From: Candidatus Levybacteria bacterium GW2011_GWA1_37_16
Lineage (GTDB): Bacteria; Patescibacteriota; Microgenomatia; Levybacterales; UBA12049
NCBI GenBank assembly: GCA_943357985.1
Contig: CALRGR010000004.1
Span: 1,238 to 65,237 of the forward strand
DNA length: 64,000 bases
Direction: 5' to 3'
Both the position numbers and the translations under genes were made by a program. Below, piece after piece: positions 1-9,441 of the stretch. The stretch's first letter is position 1, and every line of letters begins with the position of its first letter. The notes beneath the pieces were generated by a model, which did not search any database, had not been told where the DNA came from, and saw nothing but the letters and a program-made list of their open reading frames with translations.

Positions 1-148
1 CTGCATCGTAGGCTTTTTGCTGATAGTTTTGTTGTTTTTGGGCGACCAAAACTGTTAGGGGGACGGCGGCGGCGATGACAAGAATTACCAAAAGCGCTGT
101 GGTTCTAGATTGGCTAGCATTCTTTATAAATTCCCAAATTCTTTTCAT
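1..148 (-). CDS. Partial (runs off the left edge) membrane-anchored/secreted protein, N-terminus
   Basis: Manual translation from ATG 148: MKRIWEFIKNASQSRTTALLVILVIAAVPLTVLVAQKQQNYQQKAYDA; hydrophobic anchor followed by a Q-rich segment. Confidence 0.6.
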   Translation of the reverse strand, partial: MKRIWEFIKNASQSRTTALLVILVIAAAVPLTVLVAQKQQNYQQKAYDA

Positions 149-202
149 TCAAGTATCTACTACTATAGTAGTAGAGATTTACACGCAATGTCAATGCTTT
201 TA

Positions 203-237
203 TTACTTGATACTTAATACTCGATACTTTATACTTT
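203..237. repeat. Heptamer tandem repeat (ATACTTN x5)
   Basis: ttacttg atactta atactcg atacttt atacttt, immediately before the dcd start. Confidence 0.8.
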
Positions 238-241
238 GCTC

Positions 242-811
242 ATGGTTTTGTCGGACGGAGATATAAAAAAAGCATTAAAGAGTGGGGATATAAAAATTTC
301 TCCCGCGCCGGATTTTGAAACCCAGCTTGGTTCCTGTTCAATTGATTTAAAACTAGGCGACAAGTTTAGGGTATATGAGCACAGCAAAAATCCCTTCATA
401 GATCCTTCTAAAAAAGACTACAGCAATGAAATAACGCGTGAAGTAAAAGTTAAAAAAGGTGAGCAATTTATTATGCAGCCTGGAGATTTTGTTTTAGCAG
501 TTACTCTTGAAAAAATTACAATAAGCCCAAAACTTTTGGGAAGATTAGAAGGTCGTTCATCGCTTGGTCGTCTTGGAATTGTTGTTCATTCTACAGCATC
601 TATATTTGATCCCGGTTGGGACGGACAAGCGGTTTTGGAGCTTGGGAATCTGGGCCGCATTGCAGTAGCACTTTATCCGGGAATGAGAATTTGCGCTATG
701 ACTTTTGAACAACTATCAAGCGAGGCGGAAGTTCCATATACAAAGAAAAAGGACGCAAAATATAAATTCCAAAAGGGTCCGGACGAAAGTAAAATCAGTA
801 GCGAAAAATGA
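242..811 (+). CDS. dcd: dCTP deaminase
   Basis: MVLSDGDI, SIDLKLG, GRSSLGRLG, DPGWDG, LELGN motifs; ATG at 242. Confidence 0.92.
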   Translation: MVLSDGDIKKALKSGDIKISPAPDFETQLGSCSIDLKLGDKFRVYEHSKNPFIDPSKKDYSNEITREVKVKKGEQFIMQPGDFVLAVTLEKITISPKLLGRLEGRSSLGRLGIVVHSTASIFDPGWDGQAVLELGNLGRIAVALYPGMRICAMTFEQLSSEAEVPYTKKKDAKYKFQKGPDESKISSEK

Positions 812-1482
812 AATACCACGTAGAACTAGACATTGATTTAAAAAGAAATTCTTATCCCGGACGCTATATTGCGCTTGAGGGAATAGACGGGTCCGGCAAA
901 ACCACACAAGCAGAAAAACTTGCGGAATATTTTCGCTCGATTGGAAAAAAAGCCGTGTTGACGCGTGAACCAAGAAAAGAAGGAGTAATTGGCGACATTG
1001 TCCAGCAGGTTTTAACAGGAAAAACAAAAGTTCCGCCTGCTGCTTTACAATATTTGTTTTCCACAGACCGCGTTTTACACCACGAAGAAATTATAGAGCC
1101 AGCACTTAAGGCGGGGAAGATTGTTATTTCAGATAGATGTTTTTGGTCTGCGGTTGTTTATGGAATTTTGGATAGATTGGGGAAGTATGATAGGGAATCG
1201 ACAGACTTTTTGTTAATCTCTCAGTCAATTCTTTCTATGTATCATCAGTTTATGGTTCCTGATTATACTTTTTTATTAAAAGTAACACTTGATTCGGCGG
1301 TTTCGCGCATCTCGCAAAAGGATGATGTGAAAGAAATTTATGAAGATAAAGAAAAATTAAGAAAAGTAAATGACGGGTATGATTGGCTCGCTTCGGAATT
1401 CGCTAGCGAGATAATTGTTGTAGACGGTGAGGGAGCCGTTGAAGAAGTTGCAAAAAGACTCATCTCGAAAATTAAAATTTAA
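808..1482 (+). CDS. tmk: Thymidylate kinase
   Basis: IALEGIDGSGKTT P-loop, TREP, ISDR motifs. Confidence 0.93.
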   Translation: MKYHVELDIDLKRNSYPGRYIALEGIDGSGKTTQAEKLAEYFRSIGKKAVLTREPRKEGVIGDIVQQVLTGKTKVPPAALQYLFSTDRVLHHEEIIEPALKAGKIVISDRCFWSAVVYGILDRLGKYDRESTDFLLISQSILSMYHQFMVPDYTFLLKVTLDSAVSRISQKDDVKEIYEDKEKLRKVNDGYDWLASEFASEIIVVDGEGAVEEVAKRLISKIKI

Positions 1483-1484
1483 TA

Positions 1485-2024
1485 ATGGTACTTGGGCCAA
1501 AAATACTACTCGAACTCGTAAAGAAAAAGAAGCTTGTTGAGAATTTGTCGGAAAGGGAATTGACAAATCCGGAAGGCGCAGGTTTTGATCTAAGACTTGG
1601 GGAAGTTTATAGGATTTCAGGAGACGCTTTTTTGGGAGAAACACACAGAAAGACTGCTGACATAGACCTCGTCGAAAAATATACTGAGGGAAGTAAGTCG
1701 GTACTTACTATAAAGCCTGGAGATTTCTTCCTCGTTAAAACAATTGAGTCCGTAAACATGCCGGATAATTTAACTGCCAGTATTACTCCTCGTTCCACTA
1801 CCTATCGTTCAGGCTTGGTATTGCGAACAGGAAACGTGCCGCCGGGATATTGCGGAGGACTCACTTTTGGTCTTAAAAATGAAGGGCCAATTACAGTTGA
1901 AATAGAAATGGGAGCGCGCTTTGTTCATATTCAATTTAGTGAAGTTGCAGGAAAAGGAAATATGTACCGTGGACAATGGCAAGGCGGAAGAGTGACAGCC
2001 ACCAAAAAAGAAAAGCAAGTTTGA
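1485..2024 (+). CDS. Second dCTP deaminase/dUTPase family protein
   Basis: AGFDLRLG, PRSTTYRSG, PPGYCGGL, C-terminal YRGQWQG. Confidence 0.8.
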   Translation: MVLGPKILLELVKKKKLVENLSERELTNPEGAGFDLRLGEVYRISGDAFLGETHRKTADIDLVEKYTEGSKSVLTIKPGDFFLVKTIESVNMPDNLTASITPRSTTYRSGLVLRTGNVPPGYCGGLTFGLKNEGPITVEIEMGARFVHIQFSEVAGKGNMYRGQWQGGRVTATKKEKQV

Positions 2025-2073
2025 TAATTGTAGCTAGTTGATTTGAATAAAGACCTTATAGTATAATCTCCAA

Positions 2074-2742
2074 ATGGTTGAAAAACTTAGTTCTGCAGAA
2101 TTTGAAGCGTTTTGGGGACATGATTTTAATGATAATTGCCGCGTACTCCCTTTTCCTAATGGATCGACTAGCAACCAAGAATTGTTTCGGTTAAGAGGAG
2201 GAAAGTCGGTTGTTATAAAGCCGTCTGGAATGCAGAGCGATTTATTGGCATGGCAGGATAGGGAACGCGGGCGCGCCGTGACTCGCTTAAATGAATTTTT
2301 AGATTCTACTGAGCAAAGCGAGCCAATTGATGTTTTTAAAAAAGGGCATAATTTTAAATTAGCTGACTGGCCTAAGGGAACTATGTTAAGGTATAACGTG
2401 GACCGGGCAGGCCGGGATTCAGAAGTGCGCAATGAATCTCATCTTGGTGTTATTGGTCAGGCAAAGACTATCGTAGGTGGTTTTGCAGATATCCTAATTG
2501 TAATGTCGAGTGAAGCGGTTGCTGGTCCGTCCTTTATGGTGCCGCTAGTTAGATTAGATCCTGCAGCAGCTTTCAGGATGCAAGGTACAGTGTTGGGAGA
2601 GGTGACACACATCCGGTATTCTGGCCAAGGCTCCCAAAGAGATATATTATTGCGTTATAACTCAATAGAGGTATGGAAGCTTGGAACGGCTGTCCGTGAA
2701 CAAGTAAGAACCGCAGGTTTCAAACCAAAAAAAGCAAGATAG
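2074..2742 (+). CDS. Hypothetical protein (paralog of 2770-3312)
   Basis: 222-aa ORF; TATAAT 6 nt before ATG; shares motifs with the neighbouring ORF. Confidence 0.7.
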   Translation: MVEKLSSAEFEAFWGHDFNDNCRVLPFPNGSTSNQELFRLRGGKSVVIKPSGMQSDLLAWQDRERGRAVTRLNEFLDSTEQSEPIDVFKKGHNFKLADWPKGTMLRYNVDRAGRDSEVRNESHLGVIGQAKTIVGGFADILIVMSSEAVAGPSFMVPLVRLDPAAAFRMQGTVLGEVTHIRYSGQGSQRDILLRYNSIEVWKLGTAVREQVRTAGFKPKKAR

Positions 2743-2769
2743 TAGTATCATCAAACCAGAAAAACAGAT

Positions 2770-3312
2770 TTAAGGAATCTCCTGAACAGAAAGAGATCTT
2801 ACTCTAGATAAGGATTCCTGAATATGCCCCGTATTTGTCCCAACTCTCAGATGTTGTACCGCTCCGATTCTTATTATGGGATCTATTGGGGTTATTGGAA
2901 TTGCTTGTCCGTGAGACGCAAAGTCAATAAAAGGTAAAATTATTTTCTTTTTTACTTCGCTTGCAGTGTAACTGCAAATTACACCGAGACGTACAAAATC
3001 TAAATATCTATTTTCCGGCTGATCACCCGGTGGCATTAAAAGTTCTTCCATTGAGAATCTAATAACTGTTCCTTGGGGAAATTTTGTTCCGTCAAATGTT
3101 TGCCCATCATAGAGATTCCATTTGGGGTTTTTGTCTGAGAAGGATATGTAATGTAAAATAGCATTCTCCGCAAATCTTCTAACAGATGTAGACTGACCTT
3201 CTGGAATAACTGGACGCGTAGGTTTATTTTTCCAATCACATGAGTCATTCAAATGATGTTCATCCCAATAACGCGGATCTGTTGGGTCAAATGGAGGTAA
3301 GGCTTCTGTCAT
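2770..3312 (-). CDS. Hypothetical protein (paralog of 2074-2742)
   Basis: 180-aa ORF; shared W-x-H-x2-ND-x-C, P(K/Q)GT, LGVI and G-x-V-x-H-x-R motifs. Confidence 0.7.
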   Translation of the reverse strand: MTEALPPFDPTDPRYWDEHHLNDSCDWKNKPTRPVIPEGQSTSVRRFAENAILHYISFSDKNPKWNLYDGQTFDGTKFPQGTVIRFSMEELLMPPGDQPENRYLDFVRLGVICSYTASEVKKKIILPFIDFASHGQAIPITPIDPIIRIGAVQHLRVGTNTGHIQESLSRVRSLSVQEIP

Positions 3313-3406
3313 GGGGCTATTTTACCACTAGCCACTAAAAAAGAAAAACAGGTTTAGTCCTCATATTGCATCGGCGGAGAAACTTTGTTACATTAGAGAC
3401 GAATCA

Positions 3407-3898
3407 ATGGTAATAGAAACTGAGTCAGCACCACAAGAAAGAGAATTAATGGACTTTTTAATGAAGGCCAAGCACGACGGTTACGCATTTGGCAAAGCCC
3501 CAATTAATGAGCTGGACGGGACGCATTCGACCAGATTTTCTGAGGGAGATTATGATTTTCATGATAATTGGTATGGAGAAGATGGGACGCCAGTTGGAGG
3601 AATAGAAAAAGTTTCCTATAGGGGAAAACCTTGCTGGGAAATGATTTACTTTGGGAAAGAATTAGTTGATGATAGGGAAGCTATCTCGGTTCTTAGGCAA
3701 GCGTTAAGTTCGATGCCAGATAGTATGCCCACAAGAGGTCCAAACATTTTTGAGAGCGGAGAATATACATATAAAAATAAATGGGAGGGAGATATTAATC
3801 ATTTTGCCGGTCTCGAAGTAATTACCAGGGGAGACGCAATGGTTTATAATCTTGCTTACAGAGGAGGGAGAAGACCACTTCATGCACAAACACGCTGA
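3407..3898 (+). CDS. DUF5680-like protein
   Basis: FLMKAK..GYA, W-x-M-x-Y-x-G, LRQAL, P-x-RGP, Y-x-GG pattern recognised from memory. Confidence 0.65.
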   Translation: MVIETESAPQERELMDFLMKAKHDGYAFGKAPINELDGTHSTRFSEGDYDFHDNWYGEDGTPVGGIEKVSYRGKPCWEMIYFGKELVDDREAISVLRQALSSMPDSMPTRGPNIFESGEYTYKNKWEGDINHFAGLEVITRGDAMVYNLAYRGGRRPLHAQTR

Positions 3899-4868
3899 GT
3901 ATCAGTATTTGGATATAGCACGTGATATCCTCAAAAATGGAATAAAGCAGGTTGATAGAGGAACCGGTGTTGCCGACTATAGTTTATTTGGAAAGCAAAT
4001 CCGTTTTGATTTATCTAAAGGTTTTCCGTTACTCACTACCAAGAAAGTTTACTGGCGTGGTGTAATTGAAGAACTTTATTGGTTTTTCTCTGGGCAGACA
4101 AATATAAAATATCTGGTTGACCATAACGTGCATATCTGGGACGATTATCCCTACAAGATTTTCTTACGAAAATCTGTAATGTCAAATGACAAATATACAA
4201 ATACTACCAATAAACAAATAACAAAGGATGAATTTATTGCCAAAATAGCCTCGGATTCGGAATTTGCCAAGAAATGGGGAGAGTTGCCCAGAATTTATGG
4301 GGAAATGTGGAGAAAATGGCCGACGCGAAAAAAAGGAAGGACAATTGACCAACTCCAATGGGTTATTGATGAAATAAAAGCAGATCCAAATGCGCACAAT
4401 GCAATTGTCACTTCATGGAACCCTGAATATCTTTACACAATGGCAGAAAATGAAGATGCCAGTAGATTCCCAATTTGCCACAATATGTATCAAGTAAGCA
4501 GGCGAGGTAATAAATTATCTCTGCAACTTTATCAACGTTCGGCGGATTTGTTTCTCGGCGTTCCATTTAACATTGCTTCTTATTCACTATTAACGATTAT
4601 CCTTGCGAAAATTCTAAAACTTGAGCCAGGTGAATTTATTCATACTTTTGGAGATGTGCATATTTATGAAAATCATATTGAGCAAATGAAAGAACAATTG
4701 AAAAGAAAACCAAAGCCTTTTCCGACAGTTCGATTGGTTGGAAAAATAAATAAACTTGAAGACTTTACACCGGATAAAATAATTTTGGAAAATTATGATC
4801 CGCATGCCACAATTAAAGGAGAGCTTGTAGTCGCTGGGGGATTATATGAAGGGAAGAGAAAGAAATGA
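3882..4868 (+). CDS. thyA: Thymidylate synthase
   Basis: DRGTG, FPLLTTKK, catalytic PICH, YQRSADLFLGVPFN, HIYENH; probable ATG 3882. Confidence 0.95.
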   Translation: MHKHAEYQYLDIARDILKNGIKQVDRGTGVADYSLFGKQIRFDLSKGFPLLTTKKVYWRGVIEELYWFFSGQTNIKYLVDHNVHIWDDYPYKIFLRKSVMSNDKYTNTTNKQITKDEFIAKIASDSEFAKKWGELPRIYGEMWRKWPTRKKGRTIDQLQWVIDEIKADPNAHNAIVTSWNPEYLYTMAENEDASRFPICHNMYQVSRRGNKLSLQLYQRSADLFLGVPFNIASYSLLTIILAKILKLEPGEFIHTFGDVHIYENHIEQMKEQLKRKPKPFPTVRLVGKINKLEDFTPDKIILENYDPHATIKGELVVAGGLYEGKRKK

Positions 4869-5404
4869 ATAAACCAATAGTTTCAATGATTGTTGCAGTT
4901 GGAGAAAACAGAGAAATGGGCGCAAATAATGATTTGCCGTGGGGAAGAGCATTGCCGACGGATATGAATCGTTTCCGCAATAAAACCCGTGGGCACACCA
5001 TCATTATGGGCAAACGAACTTTTGAATCAATGCAAAGTAAGCCCTTGCCAAATAGGGTAAATATTGTAGTGTCACGGAATCCATCAATGCATGATATATC
5101 GATATATCATGCAAAGAATGTAATTGTCTGTGGTTCGGTGGAAGAGGCAATCGAGGAAGCGAAAAAAAATGAGAAAGAAGCCATGCCTGCCGGCAGGCAG
5201 GAGATTTTTATAATCGGCGGGGGAAAAATTTTTGAACTTTCAATGTTGCTTGCGGATAAACTTTATTTGACCTTGATCCACGCAAAATTTCCGGATGCAG
5301 ATGTTTTCTTTCCGGACTATTCGGAATTTAAAAAAGAAGTCTACCGCGAAAAAGTATCCGAAAACGGCTATAACTACGAATTCGTCGATTTAGAAAGAAG
5401 TTGA
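4865..5404 (+). CDS. folA: Dihydrofolate reductase
   Basis: LPW, IIMGKRTFES, LPNRVNIVVS, IIGGGKIF; overlaps the thyA stop. Confidence 0.95.
   Translation: MNKPIVSMIVAVGENREMGANNDLPWGRALPTDMNRFRNKTRGHTIIMGKRTFESMQSKPLPNRVNIVVSRNPSMHDISIYHAKNVIVCGSVEEAIEEAKKNEKEAMPAGRQEIFIIGGGKIFELSMLLADKLYLTLIHAKFPDADVFFPDYSEFKKEVYREKVSENGYNYEFVDLERS
5088..5113. repeat. Perfect 26-bp palindrome inside folA
   Basis: tgcatgatatatcgatatatcatgca equals its own reverse complement. Confidence 0.9.
5185..5201 (+). repeat. GCCTGCCGGCAGGCAGG palindromic repeat, in frame in folA (PAGRQ)
   Basis: Identical 17-mer at 25827-25843. Confidence 0.85.
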
Positions 5405-5443
5405 TTAGCCTAGCTTCATATGATATAGTCCCAGAGACATTCT

Positions 5444-5872
5444 ATGTCAAAAGAAATAGAACACAATCTTGATGATTTGCAGTCGATAATTGCTGGTGTT
5501 CGTGAGAGAAATAAGCGAAGCGCTATGTGGGATGGCGTAAATCCTGAAATACCTCTTGACGATGTAGCATTTGATGAATTTCTTAAAACCTTTGGAAATC
5601 ATAGAAACGGAAAAAAGATAGAGGTCTGGATAAAAGAAGGGGCAGGATGTGAATCTCAAGATGAAATTGATGGCAGTAGTATTGATTGTTCAAATCCAGC
5701 CGTAGGTTCTGTTGATTGGGAAACCCCCATGATGAAAGAGTCTGTATTAAGCTGCAGGGTGCATATAAGAGGTGAATATAGGGGAATAATGATTAATGGT
5801 GTTTTAGAACAAGGACTTTTTCCTGATGTAACAATTAACGGAAAGCCACTTCCTTATCCTGAAAATAATTAG
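5444..5872 (+). CDS. Hypothetical protein, possible Cys/His metal site
   Basis: 142-aa ORF with C..C...CxxH residues. Confidence 0.6.
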   Translation: MSKEIEHNLDDLQSIIAGVRERNKRSAMWDGVNPEIPLDDVAFDEFLKTFGNHRNGKKIEVWIKEGAGCESQDEIDGSSIDCSNPAVGSVDWETPMMKESVLSCRVHIRGEYRGIMINGVLEQGLFPDVTINGKPLPYPENN

Positions 5873-6579
5873 GCGGTTCTTGTAAGAAATCCTTTTTCTT
5901 CTAATGCTTTATAAAGTTTTTCTTTAACTTGTTTGATTGTAAGTTTATCTGTAATTATTATAATGTCATAAACTTTTTGTCCATTACTATCTCTTAAATC
6001 GTTATTCATTGGATTTGTGGGAAGTTCCGGATGCGCTGCATTTAGGGATTCAAAATCTTTTGTATTTCTTCTTCTAAGTTCCTTTTTTACTTGCTCAACA
6101 GTTCTGTCAAATTGTGGATTTCTTTTTCTTTCTCTTTCCCAAACTCTTTTTGCAGCTATTTCTCTTGAAACTGTAAGCAAAACTTTTGGAGCAATTGGTG
6201 AGCCTTCATTTTCTAAATTTTTTGCTATCCAACCTCCAAGCCTTGAGACAATTAGTACAGGACTATCTGATTGATGCGTTCTTCTCATTTTTTTTTGTGT
6301 GTTTTCATCAAGCCTTTGATCAACTATTACATCGCGAGTAGCGTAATCTATTACTTCACTTTGATTTCCAAAAATTCTATCCCATCTTCTAAAAATTCCA
6401 CCAACATCGTAAGTCTTCATATCGAAGTCTTTGGCAATAAGTTCAGACAAGCTGGTTTTTCCAGTGCCTGCCCTCCCGTTTATTGTAATGAAAGGGAAGT
6501 TGGTTTTAAATTTTTCGGGTGTTGCTGGGATTTCTAAATTCCCCACAACATTTCCTGGCGTTAATGTTTCTGCTCTCAT
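5869..6579 (-). CDS. cmk: Cytidylate kinase-like NMP kinase (archaeal-type Cmk family)
   Basis: ITINGRAGTGKTS P-loop, GGIFR, SRLGGW, AKRVWERE; start is ATG 6579 or 6588. Confidence 0.75.
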   Translation of the reverse strand: MRAETLTPGNVVGNLEIPATPEKFKTNFPFITINGRAGTGKTSLSELIAKDFDMKTYDVGGIFRRWDRIFGNQSEVIDYATRDVIVDQRLDENTQKKMRRTHQSDSPVLIVSRLGGWIAKNLENEGSPIAPKVLLTVSREIAAKRVWERERKRNPQFDRTVEQVKKELRRRNTKDFESLNAAHPELPTNPMNNDLRDSNGQKVYDIIIITDKLTIKQVKEKLYKALEEKGFLTRTA

Positions 6580-6664
6580 AGCCTGCATATTATAGGCTAT
6601 TTGGGCTTCTAAATCAAGAAAAGCGGTTGTAAAAGAAAAAATAGGGGGGTATACTTAATTTGAA

Positions 6665-8002
6665 ATGAGCTTAAAAACAATTGATCCAAAGATTTTTGAA
6701 CTTATTAAACAAGAAGAAGTAAGGCAAAAAGAAGTCTTGGAAATGATTCCATCGGAAAATTACACTTCGGTTGCAGTTATGGAAGCCCTCGGTTCAGTGC
6801 TCACTAATAAATACTCGGAAGGATACCCGCGGAAAAGATATTATCAGGGAAATAAAATTATTGATAGCGTTGAATCACTTGCACAAGAAAGAGCGCAAAA
6901 ACTTTTTGGCGTGCCGTATGTAAATGTGCAGCCGTATTCGGGAAGTCCTGCAAACGCAGAAATTTATATGGCGCTTTTGGAACCGTTGAAAGATAAAATT
7001 ATGGGTTTGTCTATTGCCTTTGGTGGGCATTTGACTCACGGATCAGCAGTTTCTTTCTCCGGAAAATATTTTAAAACTGTAGCTTATGAATTAAATGAGC
7101 AGGGACTTTTGGACTATGACCAAATTTTAGAAACTGCAAGAGCGGAAAAGCCAAAAATTATAGTTTGCGGCGCAACAGCTTATCCAAGAATTATAGATTT
7201 TAAGAAATTCGGAGAAATTGCAGATGAAGTTGGAGTCCTTGCAGGATCTCCGACATACTTACTTGCCGATATTTCTCACATTGCTGGGCTTATAGTTGCA
7301 GGAGTTCATCCGTCGCCAGTGCCGTTTGTGGACATAATTATGACAACAACACATAAGACATTGCGTGGTCCGCGTGGCGCAATGATAATGGTAACAGAAA
7401 AAGGGCTTGCTAAAGATCCGGAACTTTCGGATAAAATTGATAAAGCAGTTTTTCCCGGTTTTCAAGGCGGGCCGCATGATAATCAGACTGCGGCAATTGC
7501 AGTTGCTCTGGAAGAAGCAAGTCTTCCTGAGTTTAAAAAATATGGGCAGCAGATTGTAAAAAATGCAAAAACCTTAGCGGATGAACTCGTAAAGTTTGGG
7601 TTTGACCTAATAAGCGGGGGAACAGATAATCATTTGATTTTAATTGATTTGACTAACAAAAAAGTTAACGGGGCAGTTGGCGCTTTGGCCTTGGAAGTAG
7701 CAGGAATTGTAATAAATAAAAATGCAGTACCCAAAGACAGCATGCCGCCGTTTTATCCATCCGGAATCCGCCTTGGAACTCCAGCTATAACCACAAGGGG
7801 AATGAAAGAAAAAGAAATGGTAAAAATAGCAGCCTGGATAAATGCAGTAATAACCCAGGTTCACGGAGAGCAAGTTCCTGAAACAAAAGAAGCCCGTTCT
7901 GCTTTCTGGAAGATATTCAGAGCAAAGGTAAGAGAAAATGAAAGCTTGCTTAAAATCGCCGGGGAAGTAAAAGAATTCTGTTCAAAATACCCAATAAGTT
8001 AA
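6665..8002 (+). CDS. glyA: Serine hydroxymethyltransferase
   Basis: SENY, NKYSEGYP, TTTHKTLRGPRG, GGTDNH, SGIRLGT. Confidence 0.97.
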   Translation: MSLKTIDPKIFELIKQEEVRQKEVLEMIPSENYTSVAVMEALGSVLTNKYSEGYPRKRYYQGNKIIDSVESLAQERAQKLFGVPYVNVQPYSGSPANAEIYMALLEPLKDKIMGLSIAFGGHLTHGSAVSFSGKYFKTVAYELNEQGLLDYDQILETARAEKPKIIVCGATAYPRIIDFKKFGEIADEVGVLAGSPTYLLADISHIAGLIVAGVHPSPVPFVDIIMTTTHKTLRGPRGAMIMVTEKGLAKDPELSDKIDKAVFPGFQGGPHDNQTAAIAVALEEASLPEFKKYGQQIVKNAKTLADELVKFGFDLISGGTDNHLILIDLTNKKVNGAVGALALEVAGIVINKNAVPKDSMPPFYPSGIRLGTPAITTRGMKEKEMVKIAAWINAVITQVHGEQVPETKEARSAFWKIFRAKVRENESLLKIAGEVKEFCSKYPIS

Positions 8003-8005
8003 TAG

Positions 8006-8407
8006 ATGAAACCATTTGAATTCGAGTCGCGGATTATAGTCCGCCAATACTTAAGAAATATTGCCTCATCAACAGATTCGGCAAGAACGTGTATTGATAT
8101 TGCGGATGATATAAATATAGTTTTAATTCCTCCTAATGAAACCAGATATGTCAGAGGAACTAAATCAAGGCCTACGTATCTTAGAAGATCTTTTAGCTCT
8201 GTAGTTAGGTTAACTCCAGTACGGGAAGCTCAGGTTATAAATTCTGTGCCGGTGTTTAAATCAATACCAAATCTAAGCCAAAGAATGCATGAACAGGATC
8301 TTAAATATCTTGAATTGAGGGCCACGGGCAGGTTGACTCCTCCGTGGAGGAAATATGGAAGGCACAGGGAAGAGCAGATCGATAAGCTTACAATGAGAGT
8401 CCTATAG
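8006..8407 (+). CDS. Hypothetical basic protein
   Basis: 133-aa ORF starting 3 nt after glyA. Confidence 0.5.
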   Translation: MKPFEFESRIIVRQYLRNIASSTDSARTCIDIADDINIVLIPPNETRYVRGTKSRPTYLRRSFSSVVRLTPVREAQVINSVPVFKSIPNLSQRMHEQDLKYLELRATGRLTPPWRKYGRHREEQIDKLTMRVL

Positions 8408-8443
8408 CTTGATACTATTAGACAAAAGGAGTAGAATATTTCG

Positions 8444-9331
8444 ATGCTTAATACCCATGAATCTCTTGCAGGTATGCGAAGAGTAGATAGAACTCCAAAT
8501 CTTGGTCTTGATTTTTCTCCTATTCTCAATAGATTTGTTGACACGCAGAGGCTGTTGACAGCGGATGCCACTGTAGTACTGTCAGAAAATCCTTCCAGAA
8601 AAGCTCTTTTAGATTTCTACAAAAAGACGGATCTGTTTAAACAGACGTACGCATACGCGGCAAAATATGCGTTGAATCCTTCGGTGCTTGCTCAAGACCA
8701 GGATTTAAGATCTGATTTTGTGGGAAAAGTTTTTAGCGATTTGGCTTTCATATGGCTAAACTTTTCCTTGCCGTCAAATCAAACCATTTTATCTCAAGAC
8801 CAAACCTTGGTTTTGTGGTCAAAGATGTATCCGCATGTTCAAAGAATCGAGCACCCTTTTGGGACTGCGTCTTTGGCAGGTATAACCGTACCAGATGGTG
8901 TTGTGGTAGAAAGAAATGGAGATAAACCAAGGATTGTCCGTGTTTGTGAATACAAAACAAATGGAAACAGGGTAAATAGAGGAGGATCATACAATGGCTA
9001 CGTGATTGGAAAGGAAATTTTTCCAGTCGTTCTTGGAGAAGCTGATTTTAAGTTTTTTGTCCCTGATGACAGTTCCTCACCATCCCGAAGTAGGGAGTTT
9101 GAAAATGATATAGTAAGACTAACCATATCGTATTCTCAGTTGAGAAATTTTTTAGATGATACACTTGGCATTTACCGTCCAACAGAGGAGTCAGCCACAA
9201 TAAATGAGCTGGAAGCAAGGAAAACAGAGCAGGTAAGCGGAGTAAAGACAATTAATCCAGATGGTAGTCAGGCAGATTTTGTGAAGACACCCGAATATAA
9301 AAGATATGTTAATAGGGCGTATCTCGTATAA
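8444..9331 (+). CDS. Hypothetical protein, possible PD-(D/E)xK nuclease fold
   Basis: VPDGVVV...VCEYKT motif; own promoter TTGATA-17-TAGAAT (8409-8437). Confidence 0.55.
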   Translation: MLNTHESLAGMRRVDRTPNLGLDFSPILNRFVDTQRLLTADATVVLSENPSRKALLDFYKKTDLFKQTYAYAAKYALNPSVLAQDQDLRSDFVGKVFSDLAFIWLNFSLPSNQTILSQDQTLVLWSKMYPHVQRIEHPFGTASLAGITVPDGVVVERNGDKPRIVRVCEYKTNGNRVNRGGSYNGYVIGKEIFPVVLGEADFKFFVPDDSSSPSRSREFENDIVRLTISYSQLRNFLDDTLGIYRPTEESATINELEARKTEQVSGVKTINPDGSQADFVKTPEYKRYVNRAYLV

Positions 9332-9338
9332 AACTAGC

Positions 9339-9441
9339 TTGATTTAGTTTCATTTATTGTGTATAATAGCTTCATCACGCACGCTTTCGGATTAATCCTG
9401 TTCGCCCAAAAAGCGAAAAAGAAAGCGGAGGATAAAGGATT
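9339..9441 (+). promoter_or_regulatory. rpsB promoter and structured leader (S2 autoregulatory/t44-like)
   Basis: TTGATT-17-TATAAT (9339-9367); leader cacgcaCGCTTTC...GAAAGCGgagg with inner hairpins. Confidence 0.65.
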
